A DNA stretch of 64,000 bases from the human T2T-CHM13v2.0 reference genome, Homo sapiens: NCBI RefSeq assembly GCF_009914755.1, contig NC_060945.1; one strand, written 5' to 3'. The notes beneath the pieces are model-generated. The model did not search any database, had not been told where the DNA came from, and was given only the letters and a program-made list of their open reading frames with translations. Positions 13,137 to 26,735 of the stretch are shown in pieces. The position numbers and the translations under genes are program-made. Within the stretch, counting starts at the first letter, position 1. Each line of letters starts with the position of its first letter.

Positions 13137-15394
13137 TGAGAGCTCACTGCTCAGTGGATTATCTACGCGCAAGCTGAAGTCACTGAAAATGGTAACAAGA
13201 GTAGGTAGAGATGAAGATGGAGCCAGCCGCTGAAGTCCGTGGTGGATGAAGGAAAGAACGTGGGGGGTCTGAAGATGGCAGGGAAACGCAGGTGGTGTAG
13301 TCAGATGGCGTGTGCTCCAAAGGAATTGGAGGCTTTTGGAGGAGAAAGAAGGAGATATCGTGTGAATACAGCAGTGGGAGTAAGGGCGTGCTTGCCCCAC
13401 CTGCAGGCCATGGCTTATGTACAATATGGGAGGAAAAACATTCCTGTGGAGAAGGAGGCTGGGAAAGTCATGCTCGCTGATAGCTAGGGGTGAAGAGAAT
13501 TTTTAAAGAGGAACTACAGTATGCAAGAGAGGATTTAGGGAGCTGATATATACGAGCAGGATGCAGAGGAAAAGTTTGGGAAAATGGGATAGGGTGAGAA
13601 ATTATAGAATGCACAGGAAGTGATGGAGAGGAGTTAGAAAATGGTCAAATGACTTTGAAAATCCAATCATTTCAAAGCACATAGCCTTCTGTGCTAAGGA
13701 GAAACACACAACTGCTTTGCTAAGTCAGGCATGGCAACATTAACTGTCCTCTGCTGCCCCTTCCCCTGTCTGCCTTAAACTCAGAAGCCCCATTCTCCTG
13801 AGCTTTGGTTGGGCATATGGCTGCCTGCTGGAGACTGCATATCCCAGCCTCCCCAGTGAAAAAGCTGGACCATGTATCTAAGTCCCCCAGCAGTGAAAGG
13901 CCCTTAAAAGGAGGGATTTGGGGCTCGGTTTCTCTTCTCATAGGATTAAGCATGGGTGTGGTGGGGAGTCAGTATCGACGGCATGGACGATTAGAACATC
14001 CCGAGGAAAGCCAGTGCAATGTCAAGGGTATCAGAGCCCTAGATGACTTCATGCAGCGGAGCTGCTTACCTGCCCTGAGCCGCCTGCCTGCTTCTCGAAA
14101 TTGTGAAAGATCAATCGGGTCTACTTCATTAGGCCCTAAACACTACATCTCATGTCCAGGTTCTGGCTTTGAACGTATTTGAACATATGCTAATAGCCAG
14201 TCTCATTACGTCACTTTATAGGATCACATAAATCACCATTTCAGACCCTAGAATATTCCTGGTCGAGGTCAGGACACATTTGAAAATGTGGGAAAGGCTG
14301 TATAATAGCCTTCAGGTTTTTATGACTTCTTTACTACCTGAGGGATTAGTCAACAAATTTCGTAATAAGTCCACAGATATTTGAATCAACAAAAAGTACT
14401 GACAAGTGTCATGTAATTTTCCTCATGTTTTTGAGGGTTACATGGCAGGTGCTGTTTGTATCATGTACTCTTCAGCTCCTTTTTAGGGGAACAGCATGCT
14501 AGCATTTCTGCGTTTTGGGGTGAGGCCTGCTGTCGTCACCCTGGTGCGAGCACATGAAGTGAACTGGACACCTAACAGTGTGGTTTTCCTCTCTGTGCCA
14601 GCGGCTCGGATTCCCTCCCTCACCTGCAGGCTGAGCAGGTCGGCTTGTCCATCATTCTGCTTTTTAAGTGAATCAGAGGGCAAAAGTTCCCTTTCCCTGG
14701 AGCAGTTGAGCCATCTCTTTTGATTCAGTTGTGCAAGTCTCCAGCCTCAGTGAGGGCTGTAAAAGGCAATCATGCAAAGTGTCTGGTTCTTTAAGGGAAT
14801 GGTATTCGTCAGATTTCTGACTTTTTTGAGATGCTGTTGGTGGAGAAATACTTTCTGATGCTTCAAATGCAACATCTTTTATGCAGTTCAGTAAGAAAAA
14901 ATCTTCCTCAATCCTCATTTTTACAAACATGTCCATTTGATTTGTTACTTTGCATGGTTACATTATTTTTGTGTAATAATTACTGTGGCTCTTAATAACA
15001 AGGTTAATTATCACTAGCAAGTTAATGTGTTCCACCAGGAGCACTTTTTTTTTACCCTGTCTTCCTGTTATGTGGTAGTTTTTCTGTTTCTTCCAGTAGA
15101 AGCTTCAGTGAGTCTGCATGCATGCACAATAAAGGGTTGTACGAGCAGTGTTTTGGGCAAGACAGGCCTGGAGAGCTTTGTCCCATGCCAGTGCCATGGG
15201 GCCCAATGAAAGCCTGGCCTGGGTCTTAATTAAGGACAGAGAGACATGGAGCACCATCCAAGGGGAGAGAACAAATCTGTTCCTTCACAGCAGATCCTAT
15301 TTGCAAGTGCCACTCTCTCTGCCTGAAATTCTCTTCTCTCAACTTTCCATCAGTTTCCTGAGAGTTTTCTTTTTTTTTTTAAGAAAAAAAAAAA

Positions 15395-15895
15395 ACTTCG
15401 TTGAGATATAATTCACATTCCGTACAACTCACCCACTTAAACTGTATGACTCAATGGTTTTCAATATATTCACAAGTAGGTGCAAACATCACCACAGTCA
15501 ATTTTAGAACATTTTTATCACCTCAAAAAGAAACCTAGAACTCTTTCCAAATGGCCCCATCTTCTCATCACCATGGCTAAGAAACCATTTACCTCCTTTC
15601 TGTCTCTGTGGACCCCTCCATTCTGGATTTTCATGTGAACAGAATCATAGAGTATGTGGTCTTTTGTGACTGACGTCTTTCACCTGCCACGATGTTATTA
15701 AGGTTCAAGCATGTTGTAGGATGTATTAGTACTTCATTATCTTTTATGGCTGAATGAGGTTTCATTATGCAGATAGACCTTATTTTGCTTATCCATTCAG
15801 CTATTGAAAATCTGGCTTTTGTGAACAATGCTGCTATGAACATGGACATGAAAATGCCTCTTCAAGATCCTACTTTCAATTATTTGGAACATATG
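15395..15895 (-). mobile_element. L1MB-type 3' fragment
   Basis: TTGAGATATAATTCACAT...; minus ORF MFIAALFTKA matches the L1 ORF2 C-terminus. Confidence 0.8.
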
Positions 15896-15899
15896 GGTA

Positions 15900-16165
15900 A
15901 GTTGTCTTTAGTGGCTTCATTAAAAAAGTAAAACACAAACAGGTGGAATTAATTTTAATAATACGTTTTACTTACTTCGATATATCCAAATCTCACGTCA
16001 ACAAATCATCAATTAAACACGTAATAAGAGAGTTTGCATTCTTTTCCACTCTAAATCTGTGAAATCCAGGACATAGTTTGCACTTGCAGCTGACCTCAGT
16101 TGGAACCAGCCCATTTCACGTGGGCAATACCCACAGGTGCCTAGTGGCTACTGTGTTGAACAGGA
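15900..16165. mobile_element. MER33/MER3-like hAT-Charlie fossil
   Basis: AAACAGGTGGAATTAATTTTAATAATA...CTAGTGGCTACTGTGTTGAACA. Confidence 0.65.
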
Positions 16166-18204
16166 CCCTCTAATCCTCGAGGTGCTGGGATTCAGGAGGA
16201 GCTGACTGTGTGGTGATAGCTGCTCCTGAACTTCAGGTTGCATCCTCTTTCTCTCTCTCTCTCACTCCTCGAGAAACATACAGCAAAAGCTCTTGGCAAA
16301 GCTTCCAACCTCATTGTCAGACCCATCTGATTTTATTCAGTGAGAAGGATTACGTGATCTGGCTCTTGATATGATGAGCTAAGTTCGAGTTGTATTTCTT
16401 TCAAGAGAATTTTGAGTCTGAAATACAAAAAGTGTCCCAGCAATACACCTATTCTCCCTTGCGCTGAGTCACTTTGGACAATTTAACCTCAAATAATGAC
16501 AGGGAATTCTTGATACCTTGCTGTTCAACATTTTGTCAGCTCTAATGAGTGTTCAATTTATAACTAATGACAATGCATCTTATAGGGTGGGCCAGCCCAT
16601 ATGGGTGGGGGTCGATGTGAGAGGGTAATCGTTATAATTTCAGCACATACTTTAACAGTGGCAGTTGTACATTTTGCATAAAGGCCTGAAGTCATGTGAC
16701 ATCAAGAATATATGAGGAAAACAAAAGCATCTTCCGATACAAATAATGTAATATGATAGTTATTCATATAATATTGCCCCTTTTCACTTGAGTTGTTTAT
16801 TTAAAACCGAGTTAGGGAGGGTGTGACAAAATAACAGATGCTCCCATGAATGCTCATCTCTTTAAATCTGGCCTCAGCTGATGTCAGTCAGAGTCTACTA
16901 GACTAATGGGGCTGCTGCAAATCTCAGCTTTGCCGCCGGCTTGGGCACGTTTCCTCAGCGTCTCTGGCTCCCCGTATTCTTGTCTTCAACACAATGGGTG
17001 GAAGTGTGGTTCAGTGTCTAAGAAAGTCTCCAGCACAGTGTGGGATGGGGACAGGCTCCTGTTTTCCTTTTCTTCTCAGAAGCCCATGAGCTGGTGCACC
17101 ATCTTGTTCATCTCGACTCACAGGTACAGGTTTGGGATCACAGTGTGCATTATTAGGGACAGAAAGAGAGTGCCACTGAGATAAAGGCAGGAAGAGAGTA
17201 CCACTGAGATACAGGCAGAAGGCTACCAAGGACATCTTTATATTCTTTTGCAGACCACTGGGGTCACTTGAATTTAGAATTTACCAGGTGCAATTTTGCA
17301 AACTATCTTAATTATCTTGACATTATAAAAGCCTGTAATCTTGTACTTCTGACATCTGAGTAATTAGGACTTTGAACACCAGTGCCTTCTAGGTCACAGG
17401 CTTGCATTTTTTCCACTGCAGATTGGCTGTCAGCCATTACCACCTTTCTGCTCCAATGGAAACCTTTCTAAATGAGAGCGGGATTGGACAGGATGGCTTT
17501 GATTTGAATCGCTGTAAAAACAACTTTCATGTATTGAGCTGCATTGAATTTTTATTTGTGCACTGAACTTTATTTTATATTTTAAAAAGACAAATAACAA
17601 GCTATTATATTTGGCAGATAAAAAGAGACATATGAGCGTGATAAATTTGGCTGTGGATCTCTCTGACCTAATCTAATAATCATTTTGGTTTCAAAACCCG
17701 AATGATTTCTCAGAGCAGCTTTTTACTTGCTTATACAGCTCAGTTAAGAAGAACACAAATAGTTCCCCAGGCACACCCAAGATACAGAAACATTATAAAA
17801 CATTGCTTATTAATTGCTTTTTAGGTTAAGAATTATGGTAAGGAAAGATTTTGATTTTTGAGAGACATTAAAGTAAAATGATATTTACCCTTCACATGCT
17901 AATTTACCCTTGTAAGTTATGGGACATTTTTATCCATTCTGTAAGTTGTGTGAAGCTTTTGAAACATCTTTAGATAGAAGTTATTTCTTTTCAGTCTATT
18001 TTTCTAAGGACCTTTGCTGGCAAATAAGAAAGTTCATTTACCAGGGGATATGTATAAGTATTGAATGTTAAATATTTGTTGGGGAAAGATGAAAATGACA
18101 TTAATGCATCAATTAACACTTAGTGCAAATATTTTTAACACATTGTTAGGCCCTACTTCTGGTTTTCAAAATTGTAACACCATTATGTCATAGGAATAAA
18201 ATTC

Positions 18205-18300
18205 TCCTTATAAAATATTTATATACATATAGTACATATTATACGGTGTGATATACATATATATATAGTATATATTATCTGTTATTTTATATATAAATAC
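18205..18300. repeat. TA-rich low-complexity tract
   Basis: Degenerate (TA)n sequence. Confidence 0.7.
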
Positions 18301-19741
18301 ACAGTATTTTACAGGACTTGTTTTTTCCAGAAGAAAGCAACTTTGTTAGAATTTTATATAAACCTACTTTTTGACTAAAATTTACTTTAAAGAAATGATA
18401 CAATCCTTTGGGCAAACTATTGAACAAACAAAAATTCCCTTTTCACTTTCCATTGAGTTGATTTAGTTGAAAACATTCAGTTGAAAAAATCAATGTACGT
18501 ATTTTAGAATACTTTTTTTAGACCAAGCTGAGGATTTAGGGTCTGTTCTTTACTGTGGGGGAGGGAATGAAGCCTCAAAAATGATCTTGTGCAATCGGAA
18601 AAGTTGTCAGAAGCCTGTGTGTCCGTGAGAATGAGAAGCAGGTAACCGTAATTGGTGAGGATGCTCAACCAGCTACCATTGCGCTCCGGGGAGCATGTGA
18701 CCAGTGTTACTGCGGCAGACCAGAGCCTGGGTCACCCCCGGTATACCGACTGTGAGTCAACCACTCCCTTAAAAAAATGGAAGCAGTGCATCAGAGTCAT
18801 GCAAAATATCTGCTACACCTGCCTGACGGGTCACTGCTGGGCCATGCTCACCCTGCAGTGAGTTCCCTTAGAGGCGGGTTATGACGAGGGTCCCATCCCT
18901 GCCTCCTACTGCTGCTTTAATGCTGCTGGCCTGCCCACTCACCATCACCCAGAATAGCCTAAGATCCCACCCTGGGCACTAAGCTCTGTTTCTCTGTCTT
19001 TCACAGATTTCCCTCCCATGTATCGTCATGGTCCAGTGTGTCTTATTTCACTTCCCTGGACCTTCACTGCCTGGGTTAGGATCAGTGCAGTGTTAGAAAT
19101 ACAGACTTTAGGTCGCAGCTCCTACTCGGGTAAGTTACTTAGCCTCTCTGTCTCAGCTCTTTCCTCTCCAAAACAGGTAAATTTATTACCTTGACTCATT
19201 AAAACCCCAAGCCTTGAGAGGAAGGTTGATAGTACATGGATCTTTTCATTTGCAAGGATGGGGAAGAAAGGAAAAAGAGAATTTAAAGGTAATAGAATAA
19301 AGTTGGAGAACTTGTTCAAATGACAATTACATTGTCTGCTTTTAAATCATGTATTTTATTTATTTGTTTTGCCATATTTTGTTATTTAGTACCAACTAAT
19401 TGCCAGACACTGTGCTGGGCTCTCGGTGTACAAAAGTACAGAGAACCCAGATCCAGGGCCTTCCATTTGCACGGAGAGGAGGTTGTAATAGACATATGAA
19501 CACATAGGTATAGCAAGTGTAGAAACTGAAGTGTGACAAGATATTTGTCAGGCAAGAGGAAGGCACTGACGGTGGCCCAGAATTCTGTCACAGAGGAGGA
19601 GACATTTGTCTTGAATTTTGAAAGGTGGAAAATGGTTAATCAGCATTAGCGGGGAGGGATCTGGGCAGAAAAGGAAAGATTAGAGTGTGCTCAGCCTCTT
19701 TGGGAATTGATAAGTGGTTTGCACAACCGAAAAGCAAGGTG

Positions 19742-19932
19742 TGAGGGGAGGACCTATGAGATTCAATGGTGGGCATGTAGACAAGGGTCCTAGGAGCCAG
19801 ACAAAGACATTTAGAGTTCACACTTCAGGAATCAATGAGGGGAGGACCTATGAGATTCAATGGTGGGCATGTAGACAAGGGTCCTAGGAGCCAGACAAAG
19901 ACATTTAGAGTTCACACTTCAGGAATCAATGA
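19742..19932. repeat. Perfect 94-bp tandem duplication within L2-like sequence
   Basis: 19742-19835 identical to 19836-19929; TGA microhomology. Confidence 0.97.
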
Positions 19933-19995
19933 CCACGACAATGATGTGACGAGGTCACAGAAACCAGCAGAGAACATAGTTTTTTTTAAAAAGTT

Positions 19996-20287
19996 GCCTG
20001 GATGCAGCGGCCCCTGCCTGTAAGCTTAGTAATTTGGGAGGCCAAGGATGGAGGATAGCTTGAGTCCAGGAGTTCAAGACCAGCCTGAGCAACATAGCAA
20101 AATCCCATCTCTACACAAAATTTAAAAAATTAGTCCAGTGTGGTTGCACGTGGCTGTAGTTCCAGCTGCTCAGGAGGCTGAGGCAGGAGGATCGCTAGAG
20201 CCTGAGAGATTGAGACTGCAGTGAGCCATGATTGCACCACCCCATCCCTGCCTGGGCAACAGAGTGAGACTGTCTCAGAACAAAAAA
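19996..20287 (+). mobile_element. Alu (AluJ)
   Basis: Diverged Alu body with AluJ-type GGAGGATCGCT...GAGACTGCAGTGAGCCATGATTGCACC. Confidence 0.9.
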
Positions 20288-20292
20288 TATCG

Positions 20293-22920
20293 TTAACATT
20301 TGTTTTGATTGACAAATCATAACTGTATACATTTGTGGGATACAATGTGATATTTTGATAATTGTATACAAGATGAAATAATTAGATCAAGCTAACATAT
20401 TCATCGCCTTGCTTACCTGTTCTCTTTCATGGTGAGACAATTGAAATTTATGCTCTTAGTTATTCTGAAATATATGACACATCATTACTGACTACAGTAC
20501 CTTGCTATGCAATGGATCACCAACCCTCTGTCTATCTGAAACTTTGTTCTCTTTGATCATCAACTCCTCACTCCCTGTCTTCCCGCACCCCGCACCTGTC
20601 AGCCTCTGGTAACCATCATTCTACTTCCTGCTTCTATGAGTTCAACCTTATTAGATTTCACATGCCAGTGAGATCATGGGGTATTTGTCTTTCTGCGCCT
20701 ACCTTATTTCTCTCAGCATAAAGTCCTCCAGATTCATCCATGTTGTCACAAATGACAGGATTTCCTTCTTTTGAAAGGCTGAATAGTATGCCATTGTATA
20801 TATACCACATTTATCCATTCATCCACGGATGGACACTTAGGTTGATTCCACATCTTGGCTGTTATGAATAGGGCTGCAATAACTATGGATGTGCAGACGT
20901 CTCTTGGACCTACCTTCAGTTCCTTTGGATACACACCCAGAAGCGAGATTACTGCATCATTTACTGGTTCTATATTCAGTTTTTTGAGGAACCTCCATGT
21001 CATTTTCCACAATGGCTGTAGTAATTTACATTTCCACTACGCATAAGAGTTCCCTTTCCTCTGCATCCTCTTCAACATTTATTTTTCATGTTTTTGATGA
21101 TAGTCATTCCAACAGGGGTGAGGTGATAACTCATTGTGGTTTTTATTTGCATTTCTCTAATAATTAGAGATGCTGAGCATTTTTTCATGTACCAACTAGC
21201 TACTTGTAAATCTTCTTTTGAGGACTTTGGGTCCTTTGCCCATTTTAACATCATCTAATTATTTGTTTTCTTGCTATTGAGTTGAGTTTCTTTTATATTT
21301 TGGACATTAGCTGCTTATTTGATGTATGATTTGCAAATGTTTTACTCCATTTTGTGGGTTGTCTCTTCTCTCTGCTGATTGTTTCCATTGCTGTGCAGAA
21401 GCTTTTGAGTTTGAAGCCATTTTATTTGTGTGTTTTTGCTTTTATTGCCTGTGCTTTCAGGGTCTTATCCAAAAAAAATTATTGTCCACACCAACGTTAT
21501 AGAACTTTCCCTTATGTTTTCTTCTAGTCATTTTAGAATTTCAGTTTTTATATTTAAGTCTTTTATCCATTTTTAAAATTTTATTTATTTATTTAGAGAC
21601 AGGGTCTCACTCTGCCACCCAGGCTGGAGTGCAGTGGTGTGATCTCGGCTCACTGCAACCTCCGCCTCCTGGGTTCAAGTGATTCTCATGGCTCAGCCTC
21701 CTGAGTAGCTGGGATTACAAGCACCTGCCACCACGCCCGGATAAGTTTTCTATTTTTAGTAGAGATGGGGTTTCACCATGTTGCCCAGGCTGGTCTCAAA
21801 CTCCTGACCTCAGGTGATGTACCTGTTTCGGCCTTCCAAATTGCTGCTATTACAGGCATGAGCCACCACACCAGGCCAAATCTTTTATCCATTTTAAGTG
21901 GATTTTTGTGTATGTCATAAGATAAGGGTCTAATTTCATTATTTCACATGTGGATATGCAGTTTTTCCAACATCATTTGTTGGAGAGACTCTCCTTTCCC
22001 CATTGTGTGTTCTTGGCACCCTCATCAAAAATCAGTTGACCATAAATGTGGGGGATTATTTCTGGGTGTTCCATCCTGTTCCATTGATTGATTTGTCTGT
22101 TTTTTATGCCAGTTCTAGGGTGTACTAATTGCAACTGCTAAAAGAGTTTAAAATGAGGGAGTGTGATGCCTCCAGCTGTGTTCTTTTCCTTCATGATTGT
22201 TTTGGCTATTTAAGGTCTTTTGTAGTTCCATATGAATTTAAGGATTGTGTTTTCTATTTCTGTAAGAAATGACCTTGAATATTTGATAAGGGCTGGACTG
22301 AATCTATAGAACATATTGGGTAGTTTGTACATTTTCACAACATTATTTCTTCTACCCATAAACATGGAAAATATTTCTATTTATTTGTGTTTTCATCATT
22401 TTCTTTCATCAGCATTTTATAGTTTTCAGTATGCAGGTCTTTTACCTCCTGGGTTAAATTAATACCTAAGTATTTATTTATTTTGTTGCTATTGTAAATG
22501 GGATTTTTTTGAAATTTACTTTTTAAATATTTGTTATTAGTATATAGAACGCTACTGATTTTTGTACGTTGATTTTATATCCTGAAATCTTAATTTGTTT
22601 ATATGTCCTAACAGTTTTTTTGTGGAGCCTTTAGGGCGTTCTATATAAAAGATCAATTTGTCCGCAAATAGAGACATTTCACTTCTTCCCTCAATTAGAA
22701 TGCCTTTTGTTTCTTTCTCTTGCTAAGACTTCTAGTGCTATGTTGAGTAGGAGTGGTGAGAGTGGGCATCCTTCTCCCTGATCCTAGGAGAAACGCTTTC
22801 GACTTTCCACCATTGAGAATGACGTTAGCTATGGGTGTGGCATGGGCGTCTCTCCTGTGCTGAGGCAGCTCCCTCTATGCTGGATCTGCGAGGGTTTGCT
22901 ATTCTGAAGGGCGTTGAAGC
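20293..22920 (-). mobile_element. Decayed L1MA-type LINE-1, 3' 2.3 kb, interrupted by Alu
   Basis: ORF2 C-terminal peptides ([20 protein letters not shown]; WNQPKCPSVDEWIN) and L1MA 3' UTR. Confidence 0.9.
21576..21877 (-). mobile_element. Alu (AluS-type) inserted in L1MA
   Basis: Full Alu body; TSD TCTTTTATCCATTTT on both sides. Confidence 0.95.
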
Positions 22921-23088
22921 ACGCTGGGGGCTGAGCCTGGAGCACCTGTGGGGGTGCTTCCTGTGGCGTGGTGCCTCTGGCTAGTTTCTCTGATGTGCCA
23001 CCTCCATGGGCCAGGCCCGATCTGTGCCCTGTTTGCTGTGAGCCCCACCTGTTTTTGTTTCTGACTGGCCCTGTGGGCACTCCCAATG

Positions 23089-23576
23089 TTTCCCGTGGGA
23101 CAAGACAGGAGTGAGCTCCTGCAAAGGGGCCCAGAATGGCGGGGGAGCATTTTCCGTGGGACAAGACAGGAGTGAGCTCCTGCAAAGGGGCCCAGAATGG
23201 TGGGGAAGCATTTCCCGTGGGACAAGACAGGAGTGAGCTCCTGCAAAGGGGCCCAGAATGGTGGGGAAGCGTTTCCCGTGGGACAAGACAGGCGTGAGCT
23301 CCTGCAAAGGGGCCCAGAATGGTGGGGAAGCGTTTCCCGTGGGACAAGACAGGCGTGAGCTCCTGCAAAGGGGCCCAGAATGGTGGGGAAGCATTTCCCG
23401 TGGGACAAGACAGGCGTGAGCTCCGGCAAAGGGGCCCAGAATGGTGGGGAAGCGTTTCCCGTGGGACAAGACAGGCGTGAGCTCCTGCAAAGGGGCCCAG
23501 AATGGTGGGGAAGCATTTCCCGTGGGACAACACAAGTGTGAGCTCCTGCAAAGGGGCCCAGAATGGTGGGGAAGCA
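23089..23576. repeat. Minisatellite, 61-bp unit, 8 copies
   Basis: Unit TTTCCCGTGGGACAAGACAGGAGTGAGCTCCTGCAAAGGGGCCCAGAATGGTGGGGAAGCA; 488 bp = 8 x 61. Confidence 0.98.
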
Positions 23577-24127
23577 GAACTTCTGCCTCCAACTCACTTT
23601 CTCACTGTGCTACTGCGGATCCAGAGGAATCTCTGCATGTGAGGCTCTGCCAGGTTGGGGAGGAGTGTGCGCTCAACATCTCTCTCCACTTTTTACCATT
23701 GCAACAGCTTTTCTTAGCTCTGGGGTCCAGGAGTGTGTCTCAGCCTTAGTCCTGAGTTCTGGGACATGCACGATGGTATTCTTGCCTGTGGAGAGCTGCT
23801 AGTTGAATTTCTGTGGTGGTGAGTGATGTCAGTGAAGTCCCATTCTGGTTTCTCTCTGATGTCACACTGAGAGCAGTCTTGGTGAGAAGATTATCTTTGT
23901 GTAAAAGCAAAGAACAGAGGAGAGAACCTGCATTTCTCCTCTGCAGTATCCGCTGCGTTTTTCTGTAGAATTGGGTGTGCCATTTGCAAGAGCTGTGTGT
24001 GTGCAGCAGAGAAGGCAGCCAACCAATCCTTGCGGTTCAGCGTGAGTTGGGAGGGAGAAAGCGCAAACCACTAAGTGTAGACAACACGCAGGGAGTTCAG
24101 TTGGGAAGTTTAGCGAGTGGTGTCCAA

Positions 24128-24358
24128 AGCAGAGTTGCTCCCTCAGCACTATGGGCAGGTTGGGCCACACAATTCTTTGTTGTTGGAGAGGGAAGGCTGT
24201 CTTGTGCCTTGTAGGAGGTTTGGCAGCATCCCTGGCCTGGACACCCCATGACAGTGGCAACCCCTCCCCTAGCGGTGACAAACGTAAAGGTCTCCAGATG
24301 TTGCTAAATGTCCTCTGGTGGGGGTGGGAAGGGCATTGCCCTGTGTGAGGACCGCTGG
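24128..24358. mobile_element. MER20 hAT-Charlie MITE
   Basis: AATTCTTTGTTGT...GCAGCATCCCTGGCCT...GTCTCCAGA..TTGCTAAATGTCC matches recalled MER20. Confidence 0.8.
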
Positions 24359-26467
24359 TAGAGACTGATGCAGGGTTCAGAAAAGAGATTTTTCTTTTTC
24401 AGTTGGGACATACATGATCAGTCTTGGGGAAGGAAGCAGAAGCAATGGTGGAATAGGACAAAGATAAAGGAAAGAGGTGGAAAGTGATGCACAAAGACCG
24501 CCATGACCCGGTGTGGGGCGATATGAGTGAGGACAGCATCCAGTGAAGAGGTCCTGGCTCCTGACTGCGATTTGGTGGCTCTACTGTACCCTGTGCAAAG
24601 GGTATAAGTTGGTGCTTATTTTCTCTCCATGTGGTCAGAAGTCTCATCTTCAAAGTGCTTAAACTGTAGCCCTTGCCCTGTCACCTCTGGTTACTGCTGG
24701 GACCTGGGTCACACTCCTGGTTCATCTGCTGGCCCCAGGCCGGGTGAGGCTCCCACGTGCCTGCTGGCCTGAGAAAGGCTTACGTGAGTCACAGGGGCTA
24801 CTAGGGGCAGAGAGAAGGGAACAGGATGGAGAAATTAAGTGAGGAATAAGATTGTACAAAGCCAGGAAGAAGCCGAAAGGGGACTTGGCTCTGGCAGCAT
24901 TTTGTTTTGCGTGAGTCTGTGCTGGAATAAGCTGTCGAAAGGTTGTCTACCCATTGCCTTCTGGTACCTTGTGCTGTGCTCATTGTTGGCAAAACACTTG
25001 AATGATTGTGGCCTAAATGTGCAGTGATAAAATACAGAACATAGCTTTGTTATTTTTCCAACCAGACTAGGAGAGTGGCTTTTGGAATCAAGATTTAAAA
25101 TTCATGATTTGCTTGTGTTTTGGCTTGTATTTTGGCTTGTGCTTGAAATGACAAGAAAGATCAAGGGTTTAAATGTGATCTTGAGAAGACATAAGAGAGA
25201 GAATTGATATTTTCCTATCTAATATTTATATTACTTTCCTGTATAGAGTAGGCTAAGGATTTTATTTGGACGCTAATTATATGTAATTCCTATAGCAGTT
25301 ATTTTGATTAAGCCAACTAGATTTACCTCTAATTATTCATTTTAAGCCCTAGATTTAAAGATAACTTTTTATTCTCTGTAAACAACCTAAAAGTTGCCTT
25401 AGATTTATATTTCATAATATGTAAAAATGCTGAAAAAGGGCTTGTTTGGCTGGAGAGACATTTTAATTTTTTCCTTTAATTTTAAATGACAATATTGTGT
25501 GTATAGGAGCTGCGTTTCCTACCGAATATTCACCTGGTGTGGAGACTGAATAACATGCCACTCTAAGGGTTAATAAAAGCATTAAATAACTTGCATCTGG
25601 GAAACATCAATTGAACAGATAATTGCTTCTTTGTGTTTCTGCTTAGTAGTGGCTGGACATGTAAAGTTTCTATACCACAAAATGAAAACAGTTGAGCAAA
25701 CAAGAGGCCCGGGGTCACATAACCGATGCGTGCTCAAAGCTCAAAGCAGCGTCAATCAAACCTGGAGGGTACCATGTCAAGAGATGGTATCTTTTTATTA
25801 ATCAGGAATTGGTACCCGGACGATAGAGGGCCTCTGTAATGAAAACCTCAGTTAGCAAACAGCCAGAAGAGAGAGAAAATAATCCAACCAGCCAAATAAT
25901 CAAAGAACACATGAAGTGTCTGTAGGGAGATTTCCACAGTGGGAAACCCATAGAAAAAATTCTATCTCTCACTCTTGTTTTTGTTTTTTGGTTTTGGATA
26001 CAATTTCATTTAAGTAGAAAGATCATCCATGATTTTCCCAATCTTCCTTATGTCTTTTATGCACTATACTTGCCAAAGTAGCATAGACAGAAAAAAAGCA
26101 GGAATCCTATGGATTTCTACCCTTAGTCCTTCAACTAACTTTAAAATAACTTTTTATTTTTTTATTCAGGTCTACGTTCTAAGTCACACTCCCCTCCCAC
26201 ATGTCTTTGCCCGCTATTTTACTTCATTAATATTTACCAGCTTTTCTGAATTTAGGCACCAATTTTGTATTTTCATATATTTCTATGCATATCCTTCAGA
26301 TCCTTATTTTCCTCAATATTCATGTAAAATATATAAACTATAATTTCTGTGTTCTTTTAAGAGATAGCAGGTACCTAAACAAAGCGGTGTTCTCCCGTGA
26401 TTTTTTTAACTCAGCATTTTTTGCCAGAAATGGTCACTTGGGATTTATTCCTATGCCCTTGTGTTTT

Positions 26468-26680
26468 TCCCTCCCCCTCCCCTTTCCCTCCCTTCCCTCC
26501 CTTTATCTTTTTCTCTCTCCCTTCCTCCTGCCCACCCACCCTACATTTTTCCCTCCGTCCCTCCCTTCTTGCTCCCTCCCTCTCTTTCTTCCTTCCTCCC
26601 TCCCACCCTCCTTTCCTTCTTTTCCTCTCTTTCTTTGTCCTTTCTTCTCTTCCCTCCTCCTTTCCACCCTTTTCCTTTCA
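26468..26680. repeat. Polypyrimidine (CT-rich) low-complexity tract
   Basis: ~210 bp of almost exclusively C/T. Confidence 0.9.
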
Positions 26681-26735
26681 CCAATATTTATTGAGTGCTT
26701 ATTGCATAAGAGACTTTGAGTGTCCAGTGCTGGCT

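Noticed and set aside
14070-14135. Possible 66-nt minus-strand exon with CAG|GTAAGC donor (peptide includes FREAGRRLRA, faintly PFK-like)
   Set aside because: Acceptor lacks a polypyrimidine tract and similarity does not extend; chance-level
22829-23749. ORFs of 200-240 aa, the longest in the window
   Set aside because: All three minus frames are open across the 61-bp repeat; no domain similarity recognised
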